Shown here: one piece after another, positions 30,528 through 40,434 of the stretch | How positions within the stretch are numbered: the stretch's first letter is position 1 | Layout: each line of letters begins with the position of its first letter | DNA from: Desulfobacterales bacterium | GTDB lineage: Bacteria > Desulfobacterota > Desulfobacteria > Desulfobacterales > UBA5852 | DNA length: 64,000 nt | Assembly: GCA_963674755.2 (NCBI GenBank) | Contig: CAXXVS010000003.1 | Coordinates: 1,856,001 to 1,920,000, forward strand | Reading direction: 5' to 3' | The notes under the pieces: generated by a model | The model's input: the letters and a program-made list of their open reading frames with translations, nothing else | Told to the model about the DNA's origin: nothing | The model's database searches: none | Program-made: the position numbers and the translations under genes

Positions 30528-30738
30528 CGAGAGGCAAACCTGGGCTTCGTTACTGATAATGCGGTTTATTTAAGTTGAGCTATAATGAATGGCAGAGCCT
30601 ATGCCCCCGACCATAATTGGAAGGCTAATTGCCCTCAGCTTCGAAGAAATGTCCACCTGAGTGATCGGCGGTGGACCCCAGAAACTGGACAATGTGCTAA
30701 GCTATAAGTCAGACGCTGATGAATAGGAGGATTTGACT

Positions 30739-31020
30739 ATGGGAAAGCAACGCAAAAAGCACAGTCCACAGTTCAAGGCCAAGGTCGCGCTGGCCGCCAT
30801 CCAGAATGACGAGACCGTGGCCCAAATTGCCAATCGCTTTGGCGTCCATCCGACCATGGTGTCCACCTGGAAGCGGCAGATGCTCGATGGGGCAGCCGAC
30901 ATCTTCGACAAGCACAACAAGTCCCGTAAGCAGGCGGAAGCAAAGACCGACGAGCTCTACCGCCAGATCGGGCAACTCAAGGTCGAAAACGATTTTTTAT
31001 CCAGAAAGCTCAGCAACTGA
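30739..31020 (+). CDS. IS3 transposase OrfA
   Basis: FKAKVAL...LYRQIGQLKVENDFL; T-run at 30993-30998 is a candidate -1 frameshift site. Confidence 0.9.
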   Translation: MGKQRKKHSPQFKAKVALAAIQNDETVAQIANRFGVHPTMVSTWKRQMLDGAADIFDKHNKSRKQAEAKTDELYRQIGQLKVENDFLSRKLSN

Positions 31021-31040
31021 ACAAAAGGCAGCGCAAGGCC

Positions 31041-31871
31041 ATGATCGAACCATCCCAGCCGCTGAGCCTATCTCGACAGTGTGAAATGTTGGGTATCCGC
31101 CGATCGTCGTATTATTACCAGGCGAAGCCCATAAGCCCCGAAGTGCTGGAGCTGATGAAGCAGATGGATGAAATGTATCTTCAAGATCCCACCTCGGGCA
31201 GCCGTTCAATGAAACGTCAGTTCAAGCGCCAAGGGCAAAGGGTCAACCGCAAGCGGATCCAGCGTTTGATGCGGCTAATGGGCATCGAAGCGATCTATCC
31301 CAAGCCGCACACCAGCCGTCCGCATCCCCAGCATCGCATCTATCCCTATCTTCTTCGGGATCTGAGCATTGACCGGCCCAATCAGGTCTGGGCCACTGAT
31401 ATCACCTATGTCCCCATGGCCCGTGGCTTTATGTATCTGGCGGCCATCATGGACTGGCACAGCCGTAAAATATTATCCTGGCGCATCTCCAATACCTTGG
31501 AGCCTTCCTTCTGTGTCGAAGCGCTCCACGAGGCTCTGGATCGTCATGATGCGCCGGAAATCTTCAACACCGATCAGGGGGCTCAGTTCACGAGCACAGC
31601 CTTCATCCAGGTGCTCAAGGACCACCAGGTTAAAATCAGCATGGACGGCCGGGGCCGCTGTCAGGACAACATCTTCATCGAGCGGCTGTGGTGGACCATC
31701 AAGTATCGGTATCTTTACCTGCATTCGTTTGATTCCGGTCGCGACTTGCGACGGGGGCTGACGGAGTGGGTCCGCTACTACAACCAGCAACGTGGGCATT
31801 CTTCTCTTGACGATCTAACCCCGGATGAGGTCTATTACGGTCTACCTCATCCTTTTGCCGAGGCTGCCTGA
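31041..31871 (+). CDS. IS3 transposase OrfB (DDE catalytic part)
   Basis: WATDITY, NTDQGAQF, DNIFIERLW. Confidence 0.92.
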   Translation: MIEPSQPLSLSRQCEMLGIRRSSYYYQAKPISPEVLELMKQMDEMYLQDPTSGSRSMKRQFKRQGQRVNRKRIQRLMRLMGIEAIYPKPHTSRPHPQHRIYPYLLRDLSIDRPNQVWATDITYVPMARGFMYLAAIMDWHSRKILSWRISNTLEPSFCVEALHEALDRHDAPEIFNTDQGAQFTSTAFIQVLKDHQVKISMDGRGRCQDNIFIERLWWTIKYRYLYLHSFDSGRDLRRGLTEWVRYYNQQRGHSSLDDLTPDEVYYGLPHPFAEAA

Positions 31872-32204
31872 TGCCTTGTTCTCTATACAATCGCTCTCGG
31901 CTTATAGCTTATCTATACCATCAGGCTGTCCAACTCTTGGGGTCCACCGCCATCAGAGGTATTAATATATACACATGATAGGCTGTCAATCCAAAGCATG
32001 ATTTGTGCGGGGATGATAAAACTAAGTGCCTGAAAATGCGAAAAGTCAGGTTGCGGATGCTTGACGTTGGTTTACACGAGGGGGTTTTCGGGGGGATTTT
32101 CAAAGATGGTTTGATGGGATGATAGTTGGTTGAGAACCATTAGCCCACCATATTGGATATGGATGCTTGGTTTTTTTTGGGGGGGGGGGTGACACATAAA
32201 GTTG

Positions 32205-32249
32205 CCGGCTGCCAATGTTGCATACTATTTTTGCGACATTGGCAGCCGG
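32205..32249. terminator. Long hairpin, probable terminator for 32290..32778
   Basis: CCGGCTGCCAATGTTGCA ... TGCGACATTGGCAGCCGG. Confidence 0.55.
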
Positions 32250-32289
32250 GTTCGACAAGGTGATTAATTGATTGTGTGGCTCCTAATTT

Positions 32290-32778
32290 TTATGCCTCCG
32301 GGAATTTCAAACAATTCTCAATCAACCACTTTTCGCACTCTGCTTTTGAAGCCGGGCCATAAACGGATGAATATATACCAAGGTAGAGTGCATCAGCCGG
32401 TATTACAGAACATCCTTCATAATTGTCCCCGGTAGAGGCAGTGAGAGCAATCACTATGAAATTTTCCGGTTCCTTCTGTACTTGGGCCTTTGCAACGGGA
32501 TCCCCATTAATAAAAACTGTAACCGTGTCATGAGTATCGTCGGGAATTTTAGAATGCCCTACCCAAGGAACTAAATACATTAGGCACATTTCGAGTCCTG
32601 TTCTTGCGGATTCTTCAATGAACACCTGCGCGGATCCAGGATCAGTGACATAAGCAATATTTCCCCCTGGGTACTTGTCTACAACTTTAGCTTCGTAGCA
32701 TGAATTCGGAAGACTCCCTGTGACTGTAATGTTTATTATCCCGTTTTTTCTAGCCGCATACGCTTTGACATGATACAT
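32290..32778 (-). CDS. Hypothetical protein
   Basis: 162-aa ORF with AAGGAG RBS. Confidence 0.65.
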   Translation of the reverse strand: MYHVKAYAARKNGIINITVTGSLPNSCYEAKVVDKYPGGNIAYVTDPGSAQVFIEESARTGLEMCLMYLVPWVGHSKIPDDTHDTVTVFINGDPVAKAQVQKEPENFIVIALTASTGDNYEGCSVIPADALYLGIYSSVYGPASKAECEKWLIENCLKFPEA

Positions 32779-33294
32779 GGCCTTATCTCCTTATTGTATA
32801 AATCATGATTTGTAGAAGTTAGCCGCTTTCGGATCAGCGTAGGGGAGGTGTTCTGAGAATCATACAGGAATTGGAATGCGACTTTTCTCAGGTTATTCAA
32901 CGCGATTTTAAATCAGAACTGAAAAACTACCTGAAAGATACTCTTTGCGCCATTGCGGCTAAAGGTGGAGGGACCGGCTTGTGTGCGGATCGTAAGATTT
33001 AGAATAAGGCGAAATTCAATGATTGCAAGTGGTCAGGTGATATCCTTGAAATATAGGTAATCCTGATTTTGGGGGCATTTTTGGGGTGTGTGGAGGCGGG
33101 ATCTATTTGAAGATGGGCTGCTGGATGGGTTGGCCTACTTTTTTAATTCGTTTGCGGGGAGTTGGATGATTTCGTCGATGTCGGTTTCGAGGTAATATGT
33201 GATCCAGGCGGCCTCGCGCGTAAGGCTCGCCTTCGACTCAATTGAACATCATGGCTGAAAATGGTATTGTTCCCTAAACTGTGAGGACACGACC

Positions 33295-33741
33295 ATGACA
33301 TTATTTACCATCGGCTACGAGGGGCTCGATCAGCGGCAATTCATGGCACACCTGACCCACCATGATGTGGATGTGGTGGCAGATGTGCGCAAGCTTCCGG
33401 TGAGCCGAAAACGTGGCTTTTCAAAAACAGCGCTGGGGGAAATGCTCAAAGCGCACAATATCAGCTATCTTAATTTCCAGGATTTGGGCGCCCCCAAGCA
33501 TCTCCGGGAGGAACTCTATCGATCTGGTGACTACCAGAGCTTCTTTCTACAATACCGGGACAGCATTGCCGATAATCAGGACGATCTCAAGGCGATCCAC
33601 GCTCTAATTTGTTCCGGCCGAAACGTCACTCTGCTCTGCTTTGAGCGGGATCCCAAAAAATGCCACCGCAAAGTGGTGGCTCAAGAGATAAAAAAAATCG
33701 ACGGAAATGGCCTGAAGGTTAATCACATCGTCCCTATCTAA
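33295..33741 (+). CDS. DUF488-family protein
   Basis: LFTIGYEG, DVRKLPVSRKRGFSK, LLCFERDPKKCHR. Confidence 0.9.
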   Translation: MTLFTIGYEGLDQRQFMAHLTHHDVDVVADVRKLPVSRKRGFSKTALGEMLKAHNISYLNFQDLGAPKHLREELYRSGDYQSFFLQYRDSIADNQDDLKAIHALICSGRNVTLLCFERDPKKCHRKVVAQEIKKIDGNGLKVNHIVPI

Positions 33742-34535
33742 GTGAATAGAGCCATCTGCGCGGTCGCGCGTTTGGGCGGGTAAAAAAATCCAAGGGCACA
33801 GAATATCTTTGGGTATTTAGCCATATTGCCCAGAATGATATGAGTATCACGATTCTCATTGAAAATGTCTCTGTGGATCTTATCCTTGATTTTCGCCTCC
33901 CAATTAGGGTCATACCTTACCCGCCTGTATAGCTGACCAAACTCCCAGTCGAGGATGCTCATTTTGTGCCCTCCGCAAGCAGGGTCGCTGCATGAAAATT
34001 CGATCGATATCCGAATGGGTAGGATATAAAGATCCTTTTTTTCCTCAAACATATCGATCTGACTTATTACACTATCCTTCTTAGTGGTCGCCCCGGCCAC
34101 TTCGTCCTCTTTCCTGGGTTCTATCAACACTCGTTTGAGCATCTTCGGCTTGACCAGTCCCAGGGAGGTCCTTTTATCGACCTGGGCATCACGAAGGGCC
34201 TCAACCGATGGATAAATATTATGCTCATTAAGAATATATGTGGATCGTTCGCTCCAATCATTACCTGGCTCAATAATATCGCCTAGTTCAATGGAGTCCG
34301 GATCAATCGTGTAACTTTCGGGTCGGGGATCCGCTGTTGCCTTATAAATGGTTGCCCTAATCCACTGGTATTTTTTAAACTGTTGTTTTCCTTCAAGATA
34401 GCGGAACCTGATGGGATAAAGGCGTACCAGCGACCGTGACTCAGCCAAAATGCCGGCAGTGCAAACGGTTTCAGTATATTTCCGGCTAATTTCGGGATAC
34501 GTTTTGACAACGATCAGAATGTCCTTTTTGGCCAT
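33738..34535 (-). CDS. Conserved hypothetical protein of the type found beside DUF488 genes
   Basis: VKTYPEISRKYTETVCTAG...RLYP...DPRPES...DWEFGQLY; stop overlaps the DUF488 stop. Confidence 0.7.
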   Translation of the reverse strand: MAKKDILIVVKTYPEISRKYTETVCTAGILAESRSLVRLYPIRFRYLEGKQQFKKYQWIRATIYKATADPRPESYTIDPDSIELGDIIEPGNDWSERSTYILNEHNIYPSVEALRDAQVDKRTSLGLVKPKMLKRVLIEPRKEDEVAGATTKKDSVISQIDMFEEKKDLYILPIRISIEFSCSDPACGGHKMSILDWEFGQLYRRVRYDPNWEAKIKDKIHRDIFNENRDTHIILGNMAKYPKIFCALGFFYPPKRATAQMALFT

Positions 34536-34604
34536 AGCAACCTTTCCTGGTGACCCACAGAGGAGAGTGGTGAGTTAATTAATAACAATTAAGGTGCGAC
34601 CCTC

Positions 34605-35630
34605 TTAGTCCTCTATTTTTTCTTCTGCCGACACAACAACTTCGGTGACTTCGTATGTCCGTGATCCTTTGAAACTTAGCCATGGACCAACCTCTTTTTG
34701 TGAAACCAACGGTCCAGTATTTTTTGACGGCAAGGATATTTCTGGGCCCCTGAATAGAACAACGTTTTTTCCGCCATATCGTAGGCTGCTGCTAAACTGC
34801 ATTCCGTTGATATAGAAAGGATTGTTTTCCGTATGACACATCAGGTCTTTGAAGTCCCATAATCGCAAAAATTCAGTGAATGCTTGTGTTGGTACATATT
34901 CGATTTCTTGGTCCATTGGTCTTATCGGTCTCGAAATATCGGCGACGAAATCGCGGATAAATGAGACCCATCTTTCATAATTATATGAGTAGTCCTCACA
35001 GAAAATGCTTGGTGCCTCTTGTGTCTTTCCTGACAAATCAATAACTGTTAGAGTCTCATTTGTCTCGAATTCTCCAACAACGACAGCTTCCCCAACGCTT
35101 GGCCTTAATTCGCTTATACAAGTCTCTGGTTCTAATGCACCATAAAAAAATGATATTCCAGCAGGGCTCATCCTGTTATTACAGGCAATCATAGGTGGTG
35201 GGCTTGTTAAGTCTTCATGCTCATATTTTTTGTCGGATTTTAGTATTCTCGCCCTGTAAATCGTTCTGCCTTGATCGAGCATGTTGAAATGTGTGTTGGC
35301 CAAATCGCTGACCAAAGATTTCATGAATTCTGATGGCTTAAATAAATCATAATCGGGCTCAACTTCATTCAAGAACGCGGTGTACCTTCGATTGGTCTTT
35401 ATTATTTTACAGAATTTTTCCCAATGATATATTTCATCTGATTCGCCCCTTGAAGGGCCATATGGGTCTCTTTGAACATAGTGCCCTATCTCATCCGGGA
35501 CAGCCTCGTTAATGAATTTGGCTGAGTCATTTATTTTTTCGCTGAATATCTCTTCTTCCCACATTAAAATCTCGTAAAGAGTATCTGGTGTAATATCGTA
35601 TCCATCATCAGCCGAACAATAGCCAACCTG
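34605..35630 (-). pseudogene. RES-domain protein, N-terminally truncated
   Basis: YRAR...NRMSPAGISFFYGA...E...YVPTQ...FSSS; first about 20 codons of the ORF derive from GC-rich flanking DNA. Confidence 0.7.
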
Positions 35631-35806
35631 GTTTACCGACCACGACCTGGTTGGCCTGGCCGGCGATATCGCCGATATCGACGGTCTTACCATTCCCGCT
35701 CGGTTGACCTAATGCGGGTTCGGCGTCTTTCAGGATTCTTTCGAGTCTTTCCCTGCGGTCTCCTTCGCTCATGGGGCCCCCTTTGCAAGGGCAGCGCGAT
35801 GCGCGA

Positions 35807-35983
35807 TCACGCCACGAGCTTCAACAGCCTCTCCACTGTTGCGGTTTCCGGCTTTTCCTCTTTATCCAGATACTCCTCGTACAGATACAGAATCACCTCG
35901 GCTTTCTTCTCGGGCGCCAGGCGGCGCTTGTGGCGCTCCAGCCAGTCCTCCACAACCCGGATCGTGTCGGCCAATAGAGCCAT
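35807..35983 (-). pseudogene. Second C-terminal remnant of a phage repressor-like protein
   Basis: Manual translation MALLADTIRVVEDWLERHKRRLAPEKKAEVILYLY...TVERLLKLVA*. Confidence 0.55.
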
Positions 35984-36265
35984 GTCGACTATGGCCTAAT
36001 CTCCCGTCCCCCATATTTATTTCAGGAGCTATTGCCTTGATGGATCAATGACTTGCTATGATTCTTTAGCGAGGCAACTTGAGAATGTCAATGTCTAATA
36101 AATTCAAGATGTCGGGCTATAATACTATCACTAACCCATTTTGCCAATTGAGGAGTCTGCAATATCCAATTATGGATAGCTGGTTGAATATTCACTGTCT
36201 TAGTTGGATGCTATACTAAGCAGAGCGGTCGAAATCATTAAAAATCCATTACCTATTAAACACGT

Positions 36266-36299
36266 AAAAAATCCCCCTCGCCACTTCAGGACGAGGGGG
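36266..36299 (-). terminator. Rho-independent terminator of the leftward AAA-VWA operon
   Basis: CCCCCTCG/CGAGGGGG stem followed by a T-run on the minus strand. Confidence 0.7.
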
Positions 36300-36320
36300 T
36301 ATGTCATCGCGATTACGGGC

Positions 36321-36512
36321 TCACCGTGCCGAAAAGAACCCGGCCACCTTCTCACCATCCTTGTAGGCCCCATAGCCAATCCCAACCGCCAAGGCGGCTA
36401 ATCCCGTCGCTACGCCGACGGCCACGATCTGGGCAGGGCTTCCCTTGGCGTGCACGATCACCTTTTTGAAGGCCTCCACGGCCACCTGGATCACTTCCAC
36501 CTCGCCTGCCAA
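36321..36512 (-). CDS. Small single-pass membrane protein
   Basis: AAGGAGGT RBS then TTG start; IVAVGVATGLAALAVGIGYG helix. Confidence 0.6.
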   Translation of the reverse strand: MAGEVEVIQVAVEAFKKVIVHAKGSPAQIVAVGVATGLAALAVGIGYGAYKDGEKVAGFFSAR

Positions 36513-36523
36513 TGGACACCTCC

Positions 36524-37639
36524 TTACGCGTCTATGAGAACCACCTCGCCAAAGGGCACCGAGTGTTGGGCCCGGCCCCACTGCACCCACAGCACCGGAT
36601 AATCCGGGCCAATGTCGGGATAAAGGTTGCACTCAAGGTCCGTTAGGTAGATCAGGCAAGAGGGGTCGATGCCTTCCTTCTCGACCCACTCGAACACGGG
36701 CCTGAAGTCCGTGCCGCCGCCACCTATGAGATCGAGGCCCAGGGGCAGGTCCTGCCTGGTGACATGCTCGTGGCATTGGACCTGGTTGTCGCAGTAAAGG
36801 ATGTCGACTTCGGTGTCGTACTCCTCCAGGATTGATGAGACTTCGACGGCAAAGTGGTCGAGGGTCAAGGCGTCGATGCTGCCCGAGGTGTCCAGGGCGA
36901 TCACGAGACGCCCCAACTCCCGGGAGTTCAAGCCCGGCAGGCAGAGCCCATAGGCGAGATAACGGCGCGCGGGCGGAAGCCAGCTATAATTGTTCCGGGA
37001 GACCCGCTCGATAAACAACCTCAGGTACTCCTGCCAGTCCACGACGGGATCGAGCATGTTTTTTACAAGCCGCCGGATGGCCCGGGGGAGGTTGCCGGCC
37101 GCGCGGGCCTGCTGGGCCGCCTGGGCGATGTTCACCCGCCAGTGCGCCGATACCTGCTTGAACGCGGCTTCTGTATTAACAGGTGCGTCGCGCACCTCGC
37201 CGTCTCCCGCCGGATCCGAAGGCCAGCCGTCGAGCTCCTTCATCTTGGCCGGCAGCCGGTCATAGATCCACTCGGCAGAGTGTCCGGTGTATATCGGATG
37301 CACCAGTTTGCCGTCAGGCAATTTAAGACCGGTCTCCTCCAGGATGGGGTTGATGGCCAGGTCGCAGGCGATGTTCCACCGAAGGGGGTCCCGCTCCTCC
37401 CGGCGGGTGTGGTGCAGACAGGCCAGGTGCATCACCTCATGGGCCACCAGGCCAACGGTGGCCCTTTTGGACAGGCTTTCCGCAAATTCCGGGTTTACCG
37501 CGAGCACCACGCCGTCCGTGTAGGCGGTCTCCATGGAGTCGTCCTCGATGATGACCAAACGCAGCGCCAGGCTTCCTAAGAAGGGCGCATCCAACAGCAG
37601 CTGGGTCCTTGCCCAGGATATTTTGTTTATCGTTCTCAT
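36524..37639 (-). CDS. Putative metallopeptidase plus VWA-like domain protein (DUF2201-like)
   Basis: TAYTDG, AHEVMH, WNIACD, LDTSGSI (MIDAS), GGGGTDF, YLTD. Confidence 0.88.
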   Translation of the reverse strand: MRTINKISWARTQLLLDAPFLGSLALRLVIIEDDSMETAYTDGVVLAVNPEFAESLSKRATVGLVAHEVMHLACLHHTRREERDPLRWNIACDLAINPILEETGLKLPDGKLVHPIYTGHSAEWIYDRLPAKMKELDGWPSDPAGDGEVRDAPVNTEAAFKQVSAHWRVNIAQAAQQARAAGNLPRAIRRLVKNMLDPVVDWQEYLRLFIERVSRNNYSWLPPARRYLAYGLCLPGLNSRELGRLVIALDTSGSIDALTLDHFAVEVSSILEEYDTEVDILYCDNQVQCHEHVTRQDLPLGLDLIGGGGTDFRPVFEWVEKEGIDPSCLIYLTDLECNLYPDIGPDYPVLWVQWGRAQHSVPFGEVVLIDA

Positions 37640-38493
37640 GCCGCCTCCATGTATCCGTTCATGGCATCGAGGACACCCAGGGCTGCCTGGGCGGTCTGCT
37701 GCCGTACCTGGTGATCCCGGCGAAGCTCCTCCGGGGTGAACCGGCAAAGGTCGGACTCGATCTGCCGGCGCATGTCCTCAAGCTGGGGGTCGTCATACAG
37801 GTTCAACCGGGGAAGCAACTCGGTCAGCCGCACGATGTTGCCGACGAGCGAGTCCCTGAACACCGCGTCCGGATCCGAGAGGCGCTCCACCATGTGACCG
37901 ACCACGGCAAAGAGCCGCTGCCAAAGATCCCGGTGGGCCACGGCATTGGCCGCATCCAGGCGCTCCTCGATGTCCTGCTGAATGGCGGCCACCTCGTCGG
38001 CTGCCAGGTTGACCCGGAAGTCATCGACCTCGGGCACGGGGGTGATCACGGTGCGGAAGGCGAACTTGTCCCGGATCTCGGAGGCCTCCGGGTAGTCCTC
38101 ACGGTTGAAGAGACCGCCCAGCATGCGGCGGGCTTCAAAAATCACCTCGGGATAGCCCCTGACGAAGTTGTCCACCGCGGCTTCGAACTCGGCTTTAAGG
38201 GCCCGCATCTGCCGGGCGTATTCACTGTAGTTGCGGCTGGGGAGGAGCCGTTCGCCTCGTTCACCCCAGGGCAGGGTCTGCTCCTGGTGAAATACACGGG
38301 CGCTGCATACAGCCGTCTGGATGTCCTTCAGGGCCTCTTTTGCGGCCAGCACCTTGTTGAAACGGCCGGCATCGACCTCGCCGCCGTACTGGGCGTTCAC
38401 CTCGCGTGAGACGTTCTTGTCGTGTTTTCTTGCGGACCACTGCTGGATCTGCAAGGCGGCCAGCATGGCCTTTTCCGATATGTCATATGGCAT
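37636..38493 (-). CDS. Conserved phage/ICE hypothetical protein (DUF3150-like)
   Basis: WSARKHD...TLPW...DYP motifs; coupled between the AAA and VWA genes. Confidence 0.65.
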   Translation of the reverse strand: MPYDISEKAMLAALQIQQWSARKHDKNVSREVNAQYGGEVDAGRFNKVLAAKEALKDIQTAVCSARVFHQEQTLPWGERGERLLPSRNYSEYARQMRALKAEFEAAVDNFVRGYPEVIFEARRMLGGLFNREDYPEASEIRDKFAFRTVITPVPEVDDFRVNLAADEVAAIQQDIEERLDAANAVAHRDLWQRLFAVVGHMVERLSDPDAVFRDSLVGNIVRLTELLPRLNLYDDPQLEDMRRQIESDLCRFTPEELRRDHQVRQQTAQAALGVLDAMNGYMEAA

Positions 38494-38520
38494 GGTGTAT
38501 ATATCCTTTCTGTTTAGTAA

Positions 38521-39516
38521 TCAGGTCATGACGTTGTGGTGCCGGGCCGCCCACGTGGCATAGGCCCGGGTGTTGACGATGGAAGAATTAAGCCGCTCGC
38601 TATCGGTCAACAGCAGCACCGAGAACTCCTCGGGCAGGTGCGCGGCATAGGTAACCAGCCTATCCATGTTCTCGGGCCTTGCCAGAAGGGCCAGGGCGGC
38701 GCAGACGGCATAGAGCGTTGCCGGGTCCTCCGGCACGAAGGCTTCTTCGGGTTTCATCAGGATGAGCCGCGGGTCCGGCAGCTGACGGCTGATTTTAAGA
38801 AAGCCCATCAGCTCGGCGGCAAAGCCCTCTCCTGCCGCACCGGCATAGGCTTCGAACTCGAGCGTCTCGGGAAGGCCCATCTTCATCAGATGCCCCACGT
38901 TGGCCACCGTGCGGGGGCAGGGGGAGTTCTTCATCTCGGAGGTGGGGTTGAAGTCGAACAGGAGCTGCGGCCGGAACCGGATAAAGGCGATCAGCTCGGG
39001 GGGCAGGTGGTGGGATGTGGCCCAGGCGGCCCACTCCTCCACATCCGGGTCGAGCTCCACGATGGAGACGAAGCGGGACTTCACGGGTTCCAGGATACCG
39101 GCAACACCGGCCTTGTCCCGTTTACGGTTGGTGGCGGCCATGAAGCAGACCTGGTCCGCCACGGCAAAGCCGTTGATGCGGCGTGCCAGAATAAGCTGCA
39201 TGGTCGCGGCCTGGACCGCCGGCGGGGCCTGGCCCAGATCGTCCATGAAGTAGACCGTGGGCTGGTCCGCATCGATCAGCTTCCTCAACGACCCAAAGGG
39301 CAGAAACTCGGCATGGTCCTCCCGGATGGCGGGGAGGCCCTTGTAGTCGATGGGCTCGTCCACCACCGGGTGGCTGATGACAAGATCGGCGCGGGCCGCT
39401 CGCGCAGCCTGGGCGACGAGGTCGGTCTTGCCAACCCCGGGGGGCCCTTTGATTAAGACCGGCAGGCGCGCCGTGATGGCGCCTTCCAGAAGTTCTTGCA
39501 GTTGACTTGGTTTCAT
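38521..39516 (-). CDS. MoxR-like AAA+ ATPase
   Basis: GPPGVGKT, YFMDD, AATNR, SRF, CPRT. Confidence 0.88.
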   Translation of the reverse strand: MKPSQLQELLEGAITARLPVLIKGPPGVGKTDLVAQAARAARADLVISHPVVDEPIDYKGLPAIREDHAEFLPFGSLRKLIDADQPTVYFMDDLGQAPPAVQAATMQLILARRINGFAVADQVCFMAATNRKRDKAGVAGILEPVKSRFVSIVELDPDVEEWAAWATSHHLPPELIAFIRFRPQLLFDFNPTSEMKNSPCPRTVANVGHLMKMGLPETLEFEAYAGAAGEGFAAELMGFLKISRQLPDPRLILMKPEEAFVPEDPATLYAVCAALALLARPENMDRLVTYAAHLPEEFSVLLLTDSERLNSSIVNTRAYATWAARHHNVMT

Positions 39517-39605
39517 GTGGTGTGTTCCCTCCAGAAACAAAAATACCCGCAGCCATCGTTGATGACCCGGGCGGTTAGGGTAGGGGGTTATGGTTGGTAA
39601 CTTTG

Positions 39606-40013
39606 GCTATGCCGTGTGCCACCTGCTGCAGGCATCGGCATACTCGCAGTCGGTGCACATCCAGCCGCGGTTCGGGATAAAGACACTCGAATCGATGCCG
39701 TGCAGTACGCGGGCGGCGAAGTCGTTCGACAGGGATACCACCTCGCCGGTCTCCTTGGCCCGGGTGATGGCGCTCGATCCGAACTGGGTCTTGGTGATGG
39801 CACCGGTGGAAAGCCGCCCAGCACCAGGATCTCGTTGTGCTGCTCCAGCACGCCGTGCTCGACAACTTCGAAGCTCCAGGCGCCGTCCAGGGCGTCGTTT
39901 AAGCGCTGGATCACGGCATGGCCCTCGACATAGTCGAGTCGGTTGCCGAAGGGGCCCTGCCGCTGGCGGATCTGGGCGGGGTCGAAGGGTTGTTCCAGTA
40001 GGTCACGGTTCAT
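39606..40013 (-). pseudogene. Rad52/Sak-like annealase fragment fused to a nuclease C-terminal tip
   Basis: PFDPAQIRQRQG...YVEGHAVIQRLN...WSF; frameshift; ends PNRGWMCTDCEYADAC. Confidence 0.7.
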
Positions 40014-40102
40014 GGATGGGTCTCCTTTCTGGGCTAAAAAGCGGGCATGGCGATAGACGTCGCAAGTGGGGTTGGTCAGAGGTGGCGAGCTGTTAAGGGG
40101 CC

Positions 40103-40370
40103 ATGCGGCAAGTCCCGGATGAAGGCTTCCTTGAACCCGCCGGCCTTCTTGCCGCGGTAGCGCAGGGCCAGGCGCAGGAACCCGCCGCGGGTCATGACGT
40201 AGGCCCTGCGGGTTTCGTTCTTTTTGTCCCGATAATCAACCGGTCCAAAATTGGATCGGTTAAAATCGTTAGAAACATCAAGTGCTTAGATATCTCGGAT
40301 GACATGTCCGTGCTTCTTGCCAAAGGACTCGGCCACGGCCAGGCTGGTGGTGACGGGGGTGTTGTGGTCC
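40103..40370 (-). pseudogene. Rha-family fragment
   Basis: Nucleotide blocks matching TPVTTSLAVAESF and AYVMTR..FL.LALRYRGKK of the adjacent gene. Confidence 0.7.
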
Positions 40371-40434
40371 TGAACCGACTACGCTCATTCCTTCGATTGG
40401 ATTCCTGGTTGAACTGCTCCGCGAACCGAGCGGG

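Larger units (their letters stand above)
30662..31955 (+). mobile_element. IS3-family element
   Basis: Inverted repeats TGAT(C)GGCGGTGGACCCC / GGGGTCCACCGCCATCA; 3-bp GAG duplication. Confidence 0.92.

Noticed and set aside
32171..32189. Poly-T/poly-G tract as a phase-variation switch
   Set aside because: Intergenic and downstream of convergent genes; no ORF or promoter it would plausibly control
33071..33100. GTGGAGGCGG match to the tmRNA 3' end as a possible distal att site
   Set aside because: Only about 10 bp match, and the G-rich arm-like motif lies on the wrong side
12822..40370. Frameshifts as sequencing errors
   Set aside because: They are confined to the island while flanking core genes are intact, favouring real decay; reads would be needed to be certain
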